DNA of 64,000 nucleotides from an uncultured Dehalococcoidia bacterium (lineage in GTDB: Bacteria > Chloroflexota > Dehalococcoidia > Dehalococcoidales > Fen-1064), in contig CAIWXV010000128.1 of the NCBI GenBank assembly GCA_903916765.1, positions 18 to 64,017 of the forward strand, written 5' to 3'. The notes beneath the pieces are model-generated. The model had not been told where the DNA came from. It did no database searches and saw nothing but the letters and a program-made list of their open reading frames with translations. Position numbers and translations under genes: made by a program. This document shows positions 20,605 through 30,538 of the stretch, piece after piece (position 1 is the first letter of the stretch; each line of letters opens with the position of its first letter).

Positions 20605-21534
20605 TTGAGTGAAAATATCTATGATGTCATCATCATCGGTGGTGGTCCCGCTGGTCTGACTGCCGGTCTATATACTTCCAGAGCAGGACTGAACAGCTTG
20701 CTGATTGAAAAAGGGCTTTTCGGCGGGCAGATAAGCTATGCCGAACATGTGGAGAATTTCCCTGCATTTCATCAGGGAATCAGCGGTTTGGAATTAGGCG
20801 AACGTATGCAGGCGCAGGCGACCAAGTACGGATTGAAAACCATACTCGCTGAAGTTGTCGGTCTGGAAATTCATGATGACACAAAGACGGTAAAAACCAC
20901 CGATGGTGATTTTACCTGCATGGCAGTAATTCTGGCAGGCGGTGCAAAACATATTGGTCTTGGTGTTCCGGGTGAAAGCAAATTGATTGGTAAGGGAGTG
21001 TCTTATTGCGCTGTCTGTGATGGAGCTTTTTTCCGTGATAAGGCAGTAGCGGTAGTAGGTGGTGGTGATACTGCTGTTACCGAAGCATTGCACCTCGTGA
21101 AATTTGCGTCCAAAGTTACGATTATACACCGGCGTAAGCAACTCCGTGCCTCTCGTATTCTTCAGGAGAAAGCTTTCGCCGAATCAAAAATAGATTTTCT
21201 GTGGGAGGCGGTTGTTTTAGCGGTTGAGGGTACGGATGTGGTACAGAGTGTCAAAGTTTCGAATGTAAAAACTGGTAAAAGTTCGGTTCTGGAAGTAGAT
21301 GGGGTTTTCGTATCTATCGGGTCGAAACCGGATACGGATTATTTAAAACAAATATTACCGCTCGATGAATCCGGTCATATTATTACCAATGAAAAGATGG
21401 AAACGTCGATAGCGGGTATTTTAGCCGCCGGTGATATACGTCATAATTCTGCTCGTCAGGCGATCACTGCCGCTGGCGATGGCGCTACCGCTGCTATTTA
21501 TGCCCAGAAATATTTAACCGAGGGCGCAGGGTAG
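20605..21534 (+). CDS. trxB: thioredoxin-disulfide reductase
   Basis: GGGPAG FAD motif, redox-active CAVC, and GGGDTA plus HRRKQLRA NADPH motifs. TTG start. Confidence 0.92.
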   Translation: MSENIYDVIIIGGGPAGLTAGLYTSRAGLNSLLIEKGLFGGQISYAEHVENFPAFHQGISGLELGERMQAQATKYGLKTILAEVVGLEIHDDTKTVKTTDGDFTCMAVILAGGAKHIGLGVPGESKLIGKGVSYCAVCDGAFFRDKAVAVVGGGDTAVTEALHLVKFASKVTIIHRRKQLRASRILQEKAFAESKIDFLWEAVVLAVEGTDVVQSVKVSNVKTGKSSVLEVDGVFVSIGSKPDTDYLKQILPLDESGHIITNEKMETSIAGILAAGDIRHNSARQAITAAGDGATAAIYAQKYLTEGAG

Positions 21535-21583
21535 CATATTTTATTTAGTTGACTGGTAAAGTATAATACTGGGAGGGAAAATC

Positions 21584-22042
21584 GTGAAAGTTATTTTTCT
21601 GGAAGATGTATCCAATGTCGGCAAAGCGGGGCAAATTAAAGAGGTTGCCGATGGCTATGGCAAAAACTTTTTGATACCGCGAAAACTAGCCATGCCTGCC
21701 CGACCGCAAGATATACATGACGTAGAGGCGCAGATTAAAGCAAGGGCTCGTATTGCCGCTAAAACCGAGGCTGAAATGAAAGCCCTCGCTGGCGAATTGG
21801 AAGGTAAAGAGATTACCATCAAGGCAAAGGTTGGACAACAAGAGCGTCTGTATGGTAGCATCACTTCGGCTGACATCGCCGCCAGTTTGAAAAGTACCCT
21901 CGGTGCCATGGTCGACAAAAGAAAAATCGAATTGTCCGAACCAATCAGGCAGGCAGGTAGTTATGAAGTAACCATAAAATTGGGTAAGGATATTGCAACC
22001 AAAATTAAAGTGACCGTAGTTGCAGAAGAACCCGCCGCTTAG
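21584..22042 (+). CDS. rplI: 50S ribosomal protein L9
   Basis: MKVIFLEDV...GKAGQIKEV..GY..NFLIP. GTG start after GGGAGGG. Confidence 0.93.
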   Translation: MKVIFLEDVSNVGKAGQIKEVADGYGKNFLIPRKLAMPARPQDIHDVEAQIKARARIAAKTEAEMKALAGELEGKEITIKAKVGQQERLYGSITSADIAASLKSTLGAMVDKRKIELSEPIRQAGSYEVTIKLGKDIATKIKVTVVAEEPAA

Positions 22043-22088
22043 TTGATTTTGTTAGGTAATCGACAGTTCCATATTAGGAGCAAGTATC

Positions 22089-23462
22089 GTGTATAACGAT
22101 AAATTACCACCTCATGATATTTCTGCCGAAGAAGCAGTCATCGGGTCGCTCCTGATTGACGGGACGGCGATATATGAGATTGCCACTTTTCTTCAAAAGG
22201 GTGATTTTTACCATGAGCCGCACCAGTATCTGTTCGAGGCTTGCTTAGAGCTCTATAAACGTATTGAGTCGATTAACCAGATAACGGTAGCTCAGGAAGT
22301 AGACCGTCTGGGTAAGTTAGAACAGTGCGGCGGAGTGGCTTATCTATCACACCTTATCTCCGTCGTTCCGACGCCGTTGGATATTCAAGAATATGCTCAG
22401 ATTGTTTACCGCCTCTCTATCAGCCGTCATCTCATCAGTGCGGGTCAGCAAATCAGTGCTATCGGTTATCAGGCAGACCCCGACCCTCGCGGCAGTATCG
22501 GCAAGGCGGAAGATATTCTTCTAAGACTGAGTCAAACCAGAGGCACTCGTGATTTTATGCATGTCCGTCAGGTATTGGACTTGTATTTTGAACCGCATCC
22601 GGTAACTGAAGAGGGACAAACCGGACCGCTACCAAAAGTGATGTCGGGTTTTAATGCTATGGATAACATCACCGGTGGTTTTCAGCGTTCCGACCTGGTG
22701 ATTGTTGCCGGCCGTCCCGGTATGGGTAAAACTTCCCTTGCTCTTAATATCGCGCGCAATGCTTCTATCGAGCAAAACGCCTGCGTTGCAATCTTTAGTC
22801 TGGAAATGTCGGGCGAGGAACTGGTGACGAGACTTATCTCCAGTGAAGCCAGTGTTCTTTCTTCTCAGGTCAGACTTGGTATGCACTCGGAAATGGACGA
22901 AAGAAAAATCCTGAATGCTATCGGTACCCTTTCGGAAACCAAGATTTTCATCGATGATTCTCCCAAACTACGTATCTCAGAAATACGCAGTAAGGCTCGG
23001 CGTCTTTTGTATGAACAGAATATTAATTTGATTATTATCGACCATCTGGGATTGATAGACGCCGATACCAGAATGGATAATCGTGTGCAGGAAATCAGTT
23101 ACATTACTCGTAACCTGAAAGCTTTAGCACGTGATTTACAAGTACCGGTCATTGCTGTCTCACAATTAAGCCGTGCCGCTGAAACCAGACAGGATCGCCA
23201 ACCTCAACTTTCGGACCTGAGAGATAGCGGTAGTATCGAGCAAGATGCCGATGTGGTTATCTTCATCTATCGGCAGGATTACTATTATCCCACCAGAGAA
23301 AAGTGGGAAGCGCAATACCCTGATAGAGAATATCCCGAAGGTATCGCTAATATTCACATTGCCAAGCACCGCAATGGACCCACCGGTGAAATCAGTATTC
23401 ATTTCACCCCGAAATATTACAGATTCGAAAACATCACTGCTCAGGAACAAAGTCTGATATGA
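22089..23462 (+). CDS. dnaB: replicative DNA helicase
   Basis: 457 aa with PPHDISAEEAVIGSLL at the N-terminus, the Walker A motif GRPGMGKTS, and RDSGSIEQDADV. It follows rplI, as in many bacteria. Confidence 0.95.
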   Translation: MYNDKLPPHDISAEEAVIGSLLIDGTAIYEIATFLQKGDFYHEPHQYLFEACLELYKRIESINQITVAQEVDRLGKLEQCGGVAYLSHLISVVPTPLDIQEYAQIVYRLSISRHLISAGQQISAIGYQADPDPRGSIGKAEDILLRLSQTRGTRDFMHVRQVLDLYFEPHPVTEEGQTGPLPKVMSGFNAMDNITGGFQRSDLVIVAGRPGMGKTSLALNIARNASIEQNACVAIFSLEMSGEELVTRLISSEASVLSSQVRLGMHSEMDERKILNAIGTLSETKIFIDDSPKLRISEIRSKARRLLYEQNINLIIIDHLGLIDADTRMDNRVQEISYITRNLKALARDLQVPVIAVSQLSRAAETRQDRQPQLSDLRDSGSIEQDADVVIFIYRQDYYYPTREKWEAQYPDREYPEGIANIHIAKHRNGPTGEISIHFTPKYYRFENITAQEQSLI

Positions 23463-24172
23463 GTCAGTTCAATGGTTTCCCGACGAGGATGGAGTTTACT
23501 CCGATACCGAATCTCTTCATCAATAGTCTTCTCGCAGAGATAACGGATATTGCGGAATTGAAATTGACCTTACACGTTTTCCGGATTCTTTTCTATAAGA
23601 AGGGAACTCTGCGTTTCATAACATATAATGAGCTGGCAAGCGATGTCAGCCTGATATCCAGCTTCGGTGAAACGGGTAAAAAAACGGATGAAATACTCCA
23701 TCGAGCCCTGACTATGGCTATTGAGCGAGGCACAATCCTTCACCTTTCTCTGAAAAGAAACGAAGCTGTCGAAAATATCTACCTGCTGAATAATGAAGCC
23801 AATAAAGAAACAGTAACAAAGATAAGGAACGGTGAAATTCATCTCCCCGAACTCGAATCTAAACCTATTCCGGAAGTTATTACGGAAAAACAGCCAAACA
23901 TTTTTGTTTTGTATGAGGAAAATATCGGATTACTGACCCCGATGATTGCCGAAGAATTGAGGGATGCCGAAAAAAACTATCCCGAGTCGTGGATAAAAGA
24001 TGCCGTCAAAGAAGCGGTCAATGCCGGCAAGCGAAACTGGAGATATATTTCAGCCATTCTGGAATCTTGGGCAACCGAAGGTAGAAGCGATGGAACACAT
24101 CTCAGAGATTTTAAAAAAACAGACCCTGACAAATTTATCAAAGGCAAATATGGGCACGTCTTCAAACGCTGA
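23459..24172 (+). CDS. DnaD-domain replication initiation / helicase-loading accessory protein
   Basis: The ATGA overlap with the dnaB stop indicates coupling. The C-terminal block NWRYISAILESWATEG is typical of the DnaD C-terminal domain. Confidence 0.75.
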   Translation: MSQFNGFPTRMEFTPIPNLFINSLLAEITDIAELKLTLHVFRILFYKKGTLRFITYNELASDVSLISSFGETGKKTDEILHRALTMAIERGTILHLSLKRNEAVENIYLLNNEANKETVTKIRNGEIHLPELESKPIPEVITEKQPNIFVLYEENIGLLTPMIAEELRDAEKNYPESWIKDAVKEAVNAGKRNWRYISAILESWATEGRSDGTHLRDFKKTDPDKFIKGKYGHVFKR

Positions 24173-25484
24173 AAACGAAAAGCCTGTATCTGAAGAAGTT
24201 TGTCCGGTTTGTAAGGGGGCAAAATTCGTACATCCCATGCTGTCTCCAGGGAAACCGGATTACAGCCGAATTGTGCCGTGTAAATGTGTCGAGAAAGAAT
24301 CCGATACCAAACGCCAGTCCCGGCTTCAAAAATACAGTAATCTCGGCACTCTGGCACGTCTCACCTTTGCCAATTTGAATCCTGAAGGCAAAACCAAGGA
24401 ACCTGCTGGACGAGAACTGTTCCGGCGTGTTTATGAAGCGGCAAAATCATTTGCCGTAGAACCTAAAGGATGGCTAGTCATTGCGGGTCCTTCGGGAAGT
24501 GGCAAAACTCATCTGGCGGCGGCGATTGCCAATGAGCGCATCGAAAGAAAATCGCCCGTTTTTTATATCACTACTCCTGATTTACTGGACCATCTTCGTG
24601 CTAGTTTCAACCCCGGTAGCGATATGCCCTACGATGAATTCTTCGAACAGGTAAGGAATGCACCTTTCCTCATTCTGGATGATATGGGAGCTCAATCCAG
24701 TACTCCTTGGGCAAAAGAAAAGCTCGACCAGCTACTCAATCACCGTTATAGCAATCAACTACCTACCGTGATTGTTTCACTCTCTCCTATCGAAGAATTG
24801 GAAGATAGAGTCCGTAGTCGGTTACTCAATACCGATTTCTGCCAGATATATACTATCGGCGATAAGGCTCAGACCATATACTCTTATAGCTGGGCGCCGT
24901 GGTTCGAATTGCAGAAGCACATGACGTTCGAAAATTTCGATAAGCGTGTCAATCTCCCGAAGGAACAGCGTGATAATCTGGAATCTGCATATAATCTCGC
25001 TCTGGAATTTGCCAAATCTCCAGCTGACTGGTTAATATTCGCCGGGGTTAATGGTTGTGGTAAAACTCATCTGGCGGCGGCGATTGTTAATTATCGCTAT
25101 AAACTCGGTAAATCCGCTTTATTTATAGTAGTGCCTGATTTTCTCGACCACTTACGTTCCACTTTCAGTCCGGATAGTAAGGTTTCTTACGACCAGGTAT
25201 TTGAGAATGTCCGTAATGCTGAATTGCTGGTGCTCGACGATTTCGGTGAACAGGCTGGTACACCCTGGGCGCAGGAGAAACTCTACCAGGTTATCAACCA
25301 TCGCTATAACGCCCGTCTGGCGACAGTCATCACTACTTCTTGTTCGCTTGATGAGCTTGAAGGTCGTGTTAGTTCACGCTTGTCCGACCATAAATTAAGT
25401 ACCGCATTCGATATTATGGCACCGGACTATAGAACGGATAGAATTATCCACAAGAAAGCCATTCGCTCCTCGCGTAGGGGCTAA
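24090..25484 (+). CDS. DnaC/DnaI-like helicase loader with N-terminal Cys4 ribbon and two tandem AAA+ modules
   Basis: CPVCKG...PCKC ribbon. Two Walker A motifs (GPSGSGKT, GVNGCGKT) and two Walker B motifs (LILDD, LVLDD). The start is uncertain: ATG 24090 or 24150, both overlapping the dnaD-like 3-prime end. Confidence 0.8.
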   Translation: MEHISEILKKQTLTNLSKANMGTSSNAENEKPVSEEVCPVCKGAKFVHPMLSPGKPDYSRIVPCKCVEKESDTKRQSRLQKYSNLGTLARLTFANLNPEGKTKEPAGRELFRRVYEAAKSFAVEPKGWLVIAGPSGSGKTHLAAAIANERIERKSPVFYITTPDLLDHLRASFNPGSDMPYDEFFEQVRNAPFLILDDMGAQSSTPWAKEKLDQLLNHRYSNQLPTVIVSLSPIEELEDRVRSRLLNTDFCQIYTIGDKAQTIYSYSWAPWFELQKHMTFENFDKRVNLPKEQRDNLESAYNLALEFAKSPADWLIFAGVNGCGKTHLAAAIVNYRYKLGKSALFIVVPDFLDHLRSTFSPDSKVSYDQVFENVRNAELLVLDDFGEQAGTPWAQEKLYQVINHRYNARLATVITTSCSLDELEGRVSSRLSDHKLSTAFDIMAPDYRTDRIIHKKAIRSSRRG

Positions 25485-25568
25485 AGTCAGCAGTGATAGG
25501 CGAAATTTGCACACCCAGTAATTTCTGGGGTAAAATAGGCTGATTTTGCTGAAGCGAGAAAGCTTGAG

Positions 25569-26078
25569 ATGCTTAACCATCCTGTCCTGGTACTGAATCA
25601 AAACTACGAGCCATTGAATATCTGCCATCTACGCCGAGCACTTGTCTTGATTTACCAGAGTAGGGCTGAGATGCTGGAAAATGGCTATGGCTTTGTGCAT
25701 ACCATCAGCCGGAATGTTCCTATCCCATCCGTTATCCGGCTCCCTTACCTTGTCAAACGTCCTTTCCATGTTGCGAGAAAGTTAAGCCGTGCTGAGATTT
25801 TCAATCGTGACCAGCACACCTGCCAATATTGTGGCAAACAAACCCGACAACTGACGCTTGACCATGTTATTCCACGCTATCGGGGAGGACAACATACATG
25901 GGAAAATGTGGTTAGTGCTTGTGCTTCCTGTAACCGTCGTAAAGCCGGCAGAACGCCTGAAGAAGCCAATATGAAGTTATATAAAACCCCGGCGCCGCCG
26001 CATGCCAGTCGCTATTCTTACATTCCTATCCAGTCTATGAAATTGCGCCGCGAGTGGGAAAGATATTTTCCACACTAA
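25569..26078 (+). CDS. HNH endonuclease family protein
   Basis: CQYCGK...LTLDHVIPRYRGG..TWENVVSACASCNRRK. Confidence 0.85.
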   Translation: MLNHPVLVLNQNYEPLNICHLRRALVLIYQSRAEMLENGYGFVHTISRNVPIPSVIRLPYLVKRPFHVARKLSRAEIFNRDQHTCQYCGKQTRQLTLDHVIPRYRGGQHTWENVVSACASCNRRKAGRTPEEANMKLYKTPAPPHASRYSYIPIQSMKLRREWERYFPH

Positions 26079-26094
26079 ACCCTGTTTTTTAGAA

Positions 26095-27084
26095 CTAGGA
26101 CTTCCCGTTATCCTCGATTATCCCATTTTCCTTTAGGCCTTCGAGTTCTTTCTCGTCGTTACTATTTTCTACCTTATTATTAGTTACCGGCGGACCTGAA
26201 ACTTTGACATCACTGATAGGTAATTCCACTGTAACCTGGCTTTCCAATTCCACGATAACCGTTCCCTTCAAGGGATTACTGCCTACGACATGTGCTTCTC
26301 CCATAGGAGTGGTAACGGTCTGTCCGTCCCGGGGCATTTTGCCTTTCATCTCGCGGTAGAAAGTATGCTCGTAAGCCAAACAACAGAGGAGACGGCCGCA
26401 GACACCGGATATCTTCAATGGATTGAGCGGTAAATCTTGCTCCTTTGCCATTTTGATAGAAATCGGTACGAATTCGGATAAGAAACTGGCGCAGCAAAGC
26501 TGTCGTCCGCATCGCCCGTAACCGCCGCAAATTTTAGCTTCATCTCGGGCACCAACTTGCCTTAATTCTACTCTCACTTTGAAACGGCCTGCGAGTTCCC
26601 GTACCAGTTCACGGAAATCCACTCTCTCGGCAGCGCTGAAGAAGAAGGTGAGGTGGCCTCCGTCCAGACTGTATTCTGCGGCTAGCAGTTTCATCTGGAG
26701 ATTGAGGCGGGTAATGATTTTATTGCATTCTACCAGAGCCTCCTTTCCCTTGGCTTCCATTTCAGTACTATGTTGTATTTCCGCCGGTTCGGCTTTGCGT
26801 ATCACGGCTTTTAAGGGTGCTTCTATTTCGCTTGACATAATCTGCTTGGGAGGGATTGCCACACGTGCTACTTCTAATCCACGGGTTGTTTCCACGACTA
26901 CTAAGTCGTTCATTCCCAGTTCGAAATCCGCAGGGTCGAAATAATAGATTCTTCCGGCTCTCTTGAACCGTACCCCGACAATTTTGATATTGGTGGGGGG
27001 TGCGTTTGCCGGCGGTGGTGTGCTCACCGTGTTTTCCGTATTTGCGTTTGTATTGTTCGTGTTATCGGTCTTCTGTTCTTCCAT
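26095..27084 (-). CDS. ricT: PSP1-domain protein RicT/YaaT-like
   Basis: The PSP1 C-terminal domain pattern, a Cys-rich CGRQLCC...CGRLLCC block, and a position directly downstream of holB as in Bacillus. Confidence 0.8.
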   Translation of the reverse strand: MEEQKTDNTNNTNANTENTVSTPPPANAPPTNIKIVGVRFKRAGRIYYFDPADFELGMNDLVVVETTRGLEVARVAIPPKQIMSSEIEAPLKAVIRKAEPAEIQHSTEMEAKGKEALVECNKIITRLNLQMKLLAAEYSLDGGHLTFFFSAAERVDFRELVRELAGRFKVRVELRQVGARDEAKICGGYGRCGRQLCCASFLSEFVPISIKMAKEQDLPLNPLKISGVCGRLLCCLAYEHTFYREMKGKMPRDGQTVTTPMGEAHVVGSNPLKGTVIVELESQVTVELPISDVKVSGPPVTNNKVENSNDEKELEGLKENGIIEDNGKS

Positions 27085-27096
27085 AAACCACCTCGA

Positions 27097-28131
27097 CTAT
27101 GCGGTCAGATTTTCTACTTTACTCTTTTCCGGGATATTTAGCATCAGTACTTCCATTACCAGTTGCGGATTTACATTCATTCTCAAATGTTCTTTGGTAG
27201 ATTTAATCTTATTGACAAAGACCCGAATTTGTGGCAGCCTGTAATCATTTGCCATCTTCTTTAAGATATCCTCGAAGTCGATATTCGCTATTTCTACTCC
27301 ACAATCGACTTTGACCAGTAATACATCCCGCCACCAGCTCAATAAAAGATCCAGCTTTTGTTGAACAACTTCCCGGTTCTGGCTATACTTTTCTACCATT
27401 TTAGCAGCAAAAGTAAAACGCTGGTCAAAATCAGCACCAAACATCCCAATCCATTCCTCAAGCCATTCGGTTCTTTGTTGCATCAATGAATCATCGGCGA
27501 TTGCCGAAATTGCCCATCCCGGGCAACCATTGGCGAGTCTTGCCAGGAGTTTTGCTCTCTGAGGATCGATTTGCTGGTGTTCGATGAGTGCTTTCTCTAT
27601 TTCCTCTTTTGATACAGGTGTAAGCTCGATTCGCTGACATCTCGATACTATAGTAGCCGGTACCAGGTTTTCATTTGCTGTCAGTAGTATGAAAATGACT
27701 TTACCTATCGGCTCCTCGATAGTTTTGAGTAAGCGATTAACGGCGGCAATCGACATAAATTCCACGCCGTCAATGATAAATACCCTGTATCGTCCCTCGA
27801 ATGGTGCTAGATTAACTGAATGCAAAATCTGGTCAACCTGGTCTACGCCTATTTTAGTCTTACTTTCGCCTTCTCCTGACTCGGCAGACTGGGAAAGTTC
27901 CAGTATCTGGACATCCGAGTGTTTGGCGGAGGCGATTCTCTTGCAAGCTGTGCACTTACCGCAAGGAGGTTCGGACGATTCGCAGTTCAAAGCCTGAGCG
28001 ATATTCAGTGCTAGTGCCATCTTGCCGATGTGTGGCAATCCCACCAGAAGATAGGCATGCGCCAGATTACCTTTCTTTAGGCTTTTCCGAAGGAGCGATA
28101 AAGCTTTTTCTTGACCGATAATATCCCACAT
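27097..28131 (-). CDS. holB: DNA polymerase III delta-prime subunit
   Basis: The N-terminal AAA+ portion has HAYLLVG, a degenerate Walker A, and the zinc module CGKCTACKR. Confidence 0.85.
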   Translation of the reverse strand: MWDIIGQEKALSLLRKSLKKGNLAHAYLLVGLPHIGKMALALNIAQALNCESSEPPCGKCTACKRIASAKHSDVQILELSQSAESGEGESKTKIGVDQVDQILHSVNLAPFEGRYRVFIIDGVEFMSIAAVNRLLKTIEEPIGKVIFILLTANENLVPATIVSRCQRIELTPVSKEEIEKALIEHQQIDPQRAKLLARLANGCPGWAISAIADDSLMQQRTEWLEEWIGMFGADFDQRFTFAAKMVEKYSQNREVVQQKLDLLLSWWRDVLLVKVDCGVEIANIDFEDILKKMANDYRLPQIRVFVNKIKSTKEHLRMNVNPQLVMEVLMLNIPEKSKVENLTA

Positions 28132-28177
28132 AATAATAAATTCTAAACTAGGATTTCAATATTCGAAATTAGTATTT

Positions 28178-29491
28178 CTAAATTATGTCACATCTTGTAA
28201 TATCTTCCAGCGTCTCCCGTCGCCGAATCATTCTCACTTTGCCGTTTTTAACCAGAATTATGGGTGGTTTACAGAAAGCATTATAGTTCATAGATTCCGG
28301 CAGACTGTAAGCACCGGCGCCTGCTACTGCCAGAATGTCGCCGGAAACCAATTTGGGCATCACGATATCGCGAATCAAAATGTCGCCTGACTCGCAGAAT
28401 TTTCCTGAAATAGTTACTTTGCCGCTATCGCGGGCTCTCATTCGATTTGCCAGAACTGCCTCCAGCTTGGCACCGTAAAGGGCAGGGCGGATATTATCTG
28501 CCATACCGCCATCTATGGAGGCATAAATTCTCACGCCGGGTATTTCTTTGATAACCCCGATGGTATAAAGTGCCATTGCCGATTGCGCGACAATCTCACG
28601 CCCCGGCTCGACAATGAGTTTCGGTAGTTGCAATTTGTGTCTCTTACATCCCTTGATAATAGCGGAGGTAATTTTTTCCGCAAAAAAGGCGGTAGGAGGA
28701 GCGGGTTTATCGAGGGTGTATTGTACCCCGAAGCCACCGCCGGTATTTAACTCTTTCAGTTCCAGCCCGTATTTTTTGTGCATCTCGGCGGCTAGTTTCA
28801 AGATGAATCCGACCGATTCTTCATACGGTTCAGCCTCGTAGATAAGGGAACCGATGTGGAAATGCAGACCGACAACATTTAACCCGCGAATTTTCAGTGC
28901 TCGTTCGACAGCCTTGTCTTTCAAAGGCAGGGGAAAGCCGAATTTGCTATCGAGTGTGCCTGTGGAGGTATATTGGTGAGTATGTGGGTCAACGCCGGGT
29001 GTCATTCTCAGCAAAACGTCCTGTGCAATACCCTGTTTTTTGACTAGTTTCTCCAGCATGTCAAGCTCGTGGAAATTATCCACGACAATCCGTCCGACAT
29101 GCCATTTCAGTGCCAGTTCCAGTTCGCATTGCGATTTATTATTGCCGTGGAAATAGACTTTTTCCATCGGGAAATTTGCCGACATGGCAATGCCGAGTTC
29201 GCCTTCGGAGACGGTATCTAAACCCAGTCCTTCTTCGTTGAAGATACGTTCCAGGGCGGCATTGGCATAGGCTTTACTGGCATAGATGACCAGTACGTCG
29301 GGATAGCGCTTGCCGAATTCTTCTCTGAACTCACGGCATTTGTTACGTAGTCCTATTTCGTCGAAAATATATAGCGGTGTGCCGAATTCATCTGCTAGTT
29401 CTATAGCGTCGCATCCGCCGACAACCAGATGCCCTTGACTGTCGACTTTGGTGGTCATGGGGTACAAAGGCAATCGTTTGAGCATTGACAA
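28178..29491 (-). CDS. lysA: diaminopimelate decarboxylase
   Basis: 437 aa with TPLYIFDE, the PLP-lysine region YASKAY, the GGGFG loop, and CESGD. Confidence 0.92.
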   Translation of the reverse strand: MSMLKRLPLYPMTTKVDSQGHLVVGGCDAIELADEFGTPLYIFDEIGLRNKCREFREEFGKRYPDVLVIYASKAYANAALERIFNEEGLGLDTVSEGELGIAMSANFPMEKVYFHGNNKSQCELELALKWHVGRIVVDNFHELDMLEKLVKKQGIAQDVLLRMTPGVDPHTHQYTSTGTLDSKFGFPLPLKDKAVERALKIRGLNVVGLHFHIGSLIYEAEPYEESVGFILKLAAEMHKKYGLELKELNTGGGFGVQYTLDKPAPPTAFFAEKITSAIIKGCKRHKLQLPKLIVEPGREIVAQSAMALYTIGVIKEIPGVRIYASIDGGMADNIRPALYGAKLEAVLANRMRARDSGKVTISGKFCESGDILIRDIVMPKLVSGDILAVAGAGAYSLPESMNYNAFCKPPIILVKNGKVRMIRRRETLEDITRCDII

Positions 29492-29575
29492 GGTGATATT
29501 GCCTCCCGCTAATTTGCTCGGAATTACACTTCAATATTAGTTTAGTTAGATAATGAAGTCAATTTGTATTTAACT

Positions 29576-29600
29576 TGTCATGCTGAACGAAGTGAAGCAT
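29576..29600 (+). repeat. short hairpin repeat, copy 2 (tgtcat-gctgaacgaagtgaagcat)
   Basis: The 5-bp stem atgct/agcat encloses a CGAAG-containing loop. It is related to 15332-15357 on the opposite strand. Confidence 0.55.
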
Positions 29601-29719
29601 CGCGGTGTTTGGTGGAGGGTATTTAGACGATGCTAACAGCAAGCTTGACGCTATACTGGAAGATTGCTAATATCAGGGTGGTATTGTGTGGCTTGCAATG
29701 ACAATGGGGGGGAACAAAG

Positions 29720-30538
29720 ATGAATTTTGTTGAAAAACTAAATGTGGCGATCAAAAAAAATCGGAGTTTGGTATGTGTGGGATTAGATACCGACCTGGCA
29801 CTGATACCGTCCGGGAAGAGTGTTTTCGAATTCAACAAGGCAATTATCGATGCCACGGCTGATTTGGTCTGTGCTTATAAACCGAACATTGCCTTTTATG
29901 AAGCTCAGGGAGAAAAAGGGTTGGATGCCCTGTATCAAACTGCCAAACATATCCCGAAAAATATTCCGGTCATTATCGATGCCAAACGTGGTGATATCGG
30001 TAACACATCCGCTGCTTACGCCCGAGCTTTGTTCGATTACTTTAACTTTGATGCTGTTACGGTCAGTCCATATCTGGGGTTCGATTCTTTAGAGCCGTTT
30101 ATCAAATATAAAGACAAGGGTATGTTCATCCTGTGCCGAACCTCCAACAAAGGTGCTGCCGATTTTCAATCGCTTCTCTGCCAGTACGAAGGCAAGTCTC
30201 TCCCTCTCTATGAAATTGTGGCTCTCAAGGCAAGTCAGTGGAATACTAATCACAATATCGGATTGGTGGTTGGGGCTACTTACCCTGAGGAATTGAAAAT
30301 CATCCGCCAAGCTCATCCCGATATACCGATTTTGATTCCGGGTGTGGGTACGCAGGGCGGAGATTTGGCTCAGGCAGTGCGCTATGGTATCGATGCTCAC
30401 AATCGGGGCATCATTATCAACTCATCGCGGAGTATTATTTACGCAAGCAAGGGTACAGACTTTGCCGATGCGGCACGCCGTGCGGCTGAAACATTACGCA
30501 ATGAGATAAACAAGGTTGTTTCCGAACTGAGTAAATAA
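29720..30538 (+). CDS. pyrF: orotidine 5-prime-phosphate decarboxylase (long, type 2 form)
   Basis: 272 aa with VGLD, IIDAKRGDIGNT, and PGVGTQGG. Confidence 0.9.
   Translation: MNFVEKLNVAIKKNRSLVCVGLDTDLALIPSGKSVFEFNKAIIDATADLVCAYKPNIAFYEAQGEKGLDALYQTAKHIPKNIPVIIDAKRGDIGNTSAAYARALFDYFNFDAVTVSPYLGFDSLEPFIKYKDKGMFILCRTSNKGAADFQSLLCQYEGKSLPLYEIVALKASQWNTNHNIGLVVGATYPEELKIIRQAHPDIPILIPGVGTQGGDLAQAVRYGIDAHNRGIIINSSRSIIYASKGTDFADAARRAAETLRNEINKVVSELSK

Noticed and set aside
24000-24089. Longer start for the DnaI-like gene (track start 24000)
   Set aside because: It would overlap the DnaD-domain gene by 173 nt, and the extra residues have no loader-like features. ATG 24090 or 24150 is more plausible. 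The exact start remains uncertain.
29492-29719. Lysine riboswitch upstream of lysA (minus strand)
   Set aside because: I could not find the conserved L-box core elements. The only clear structure is the small CGAAG hairpin repeat. A covariance-model scan would be needed to be certain.
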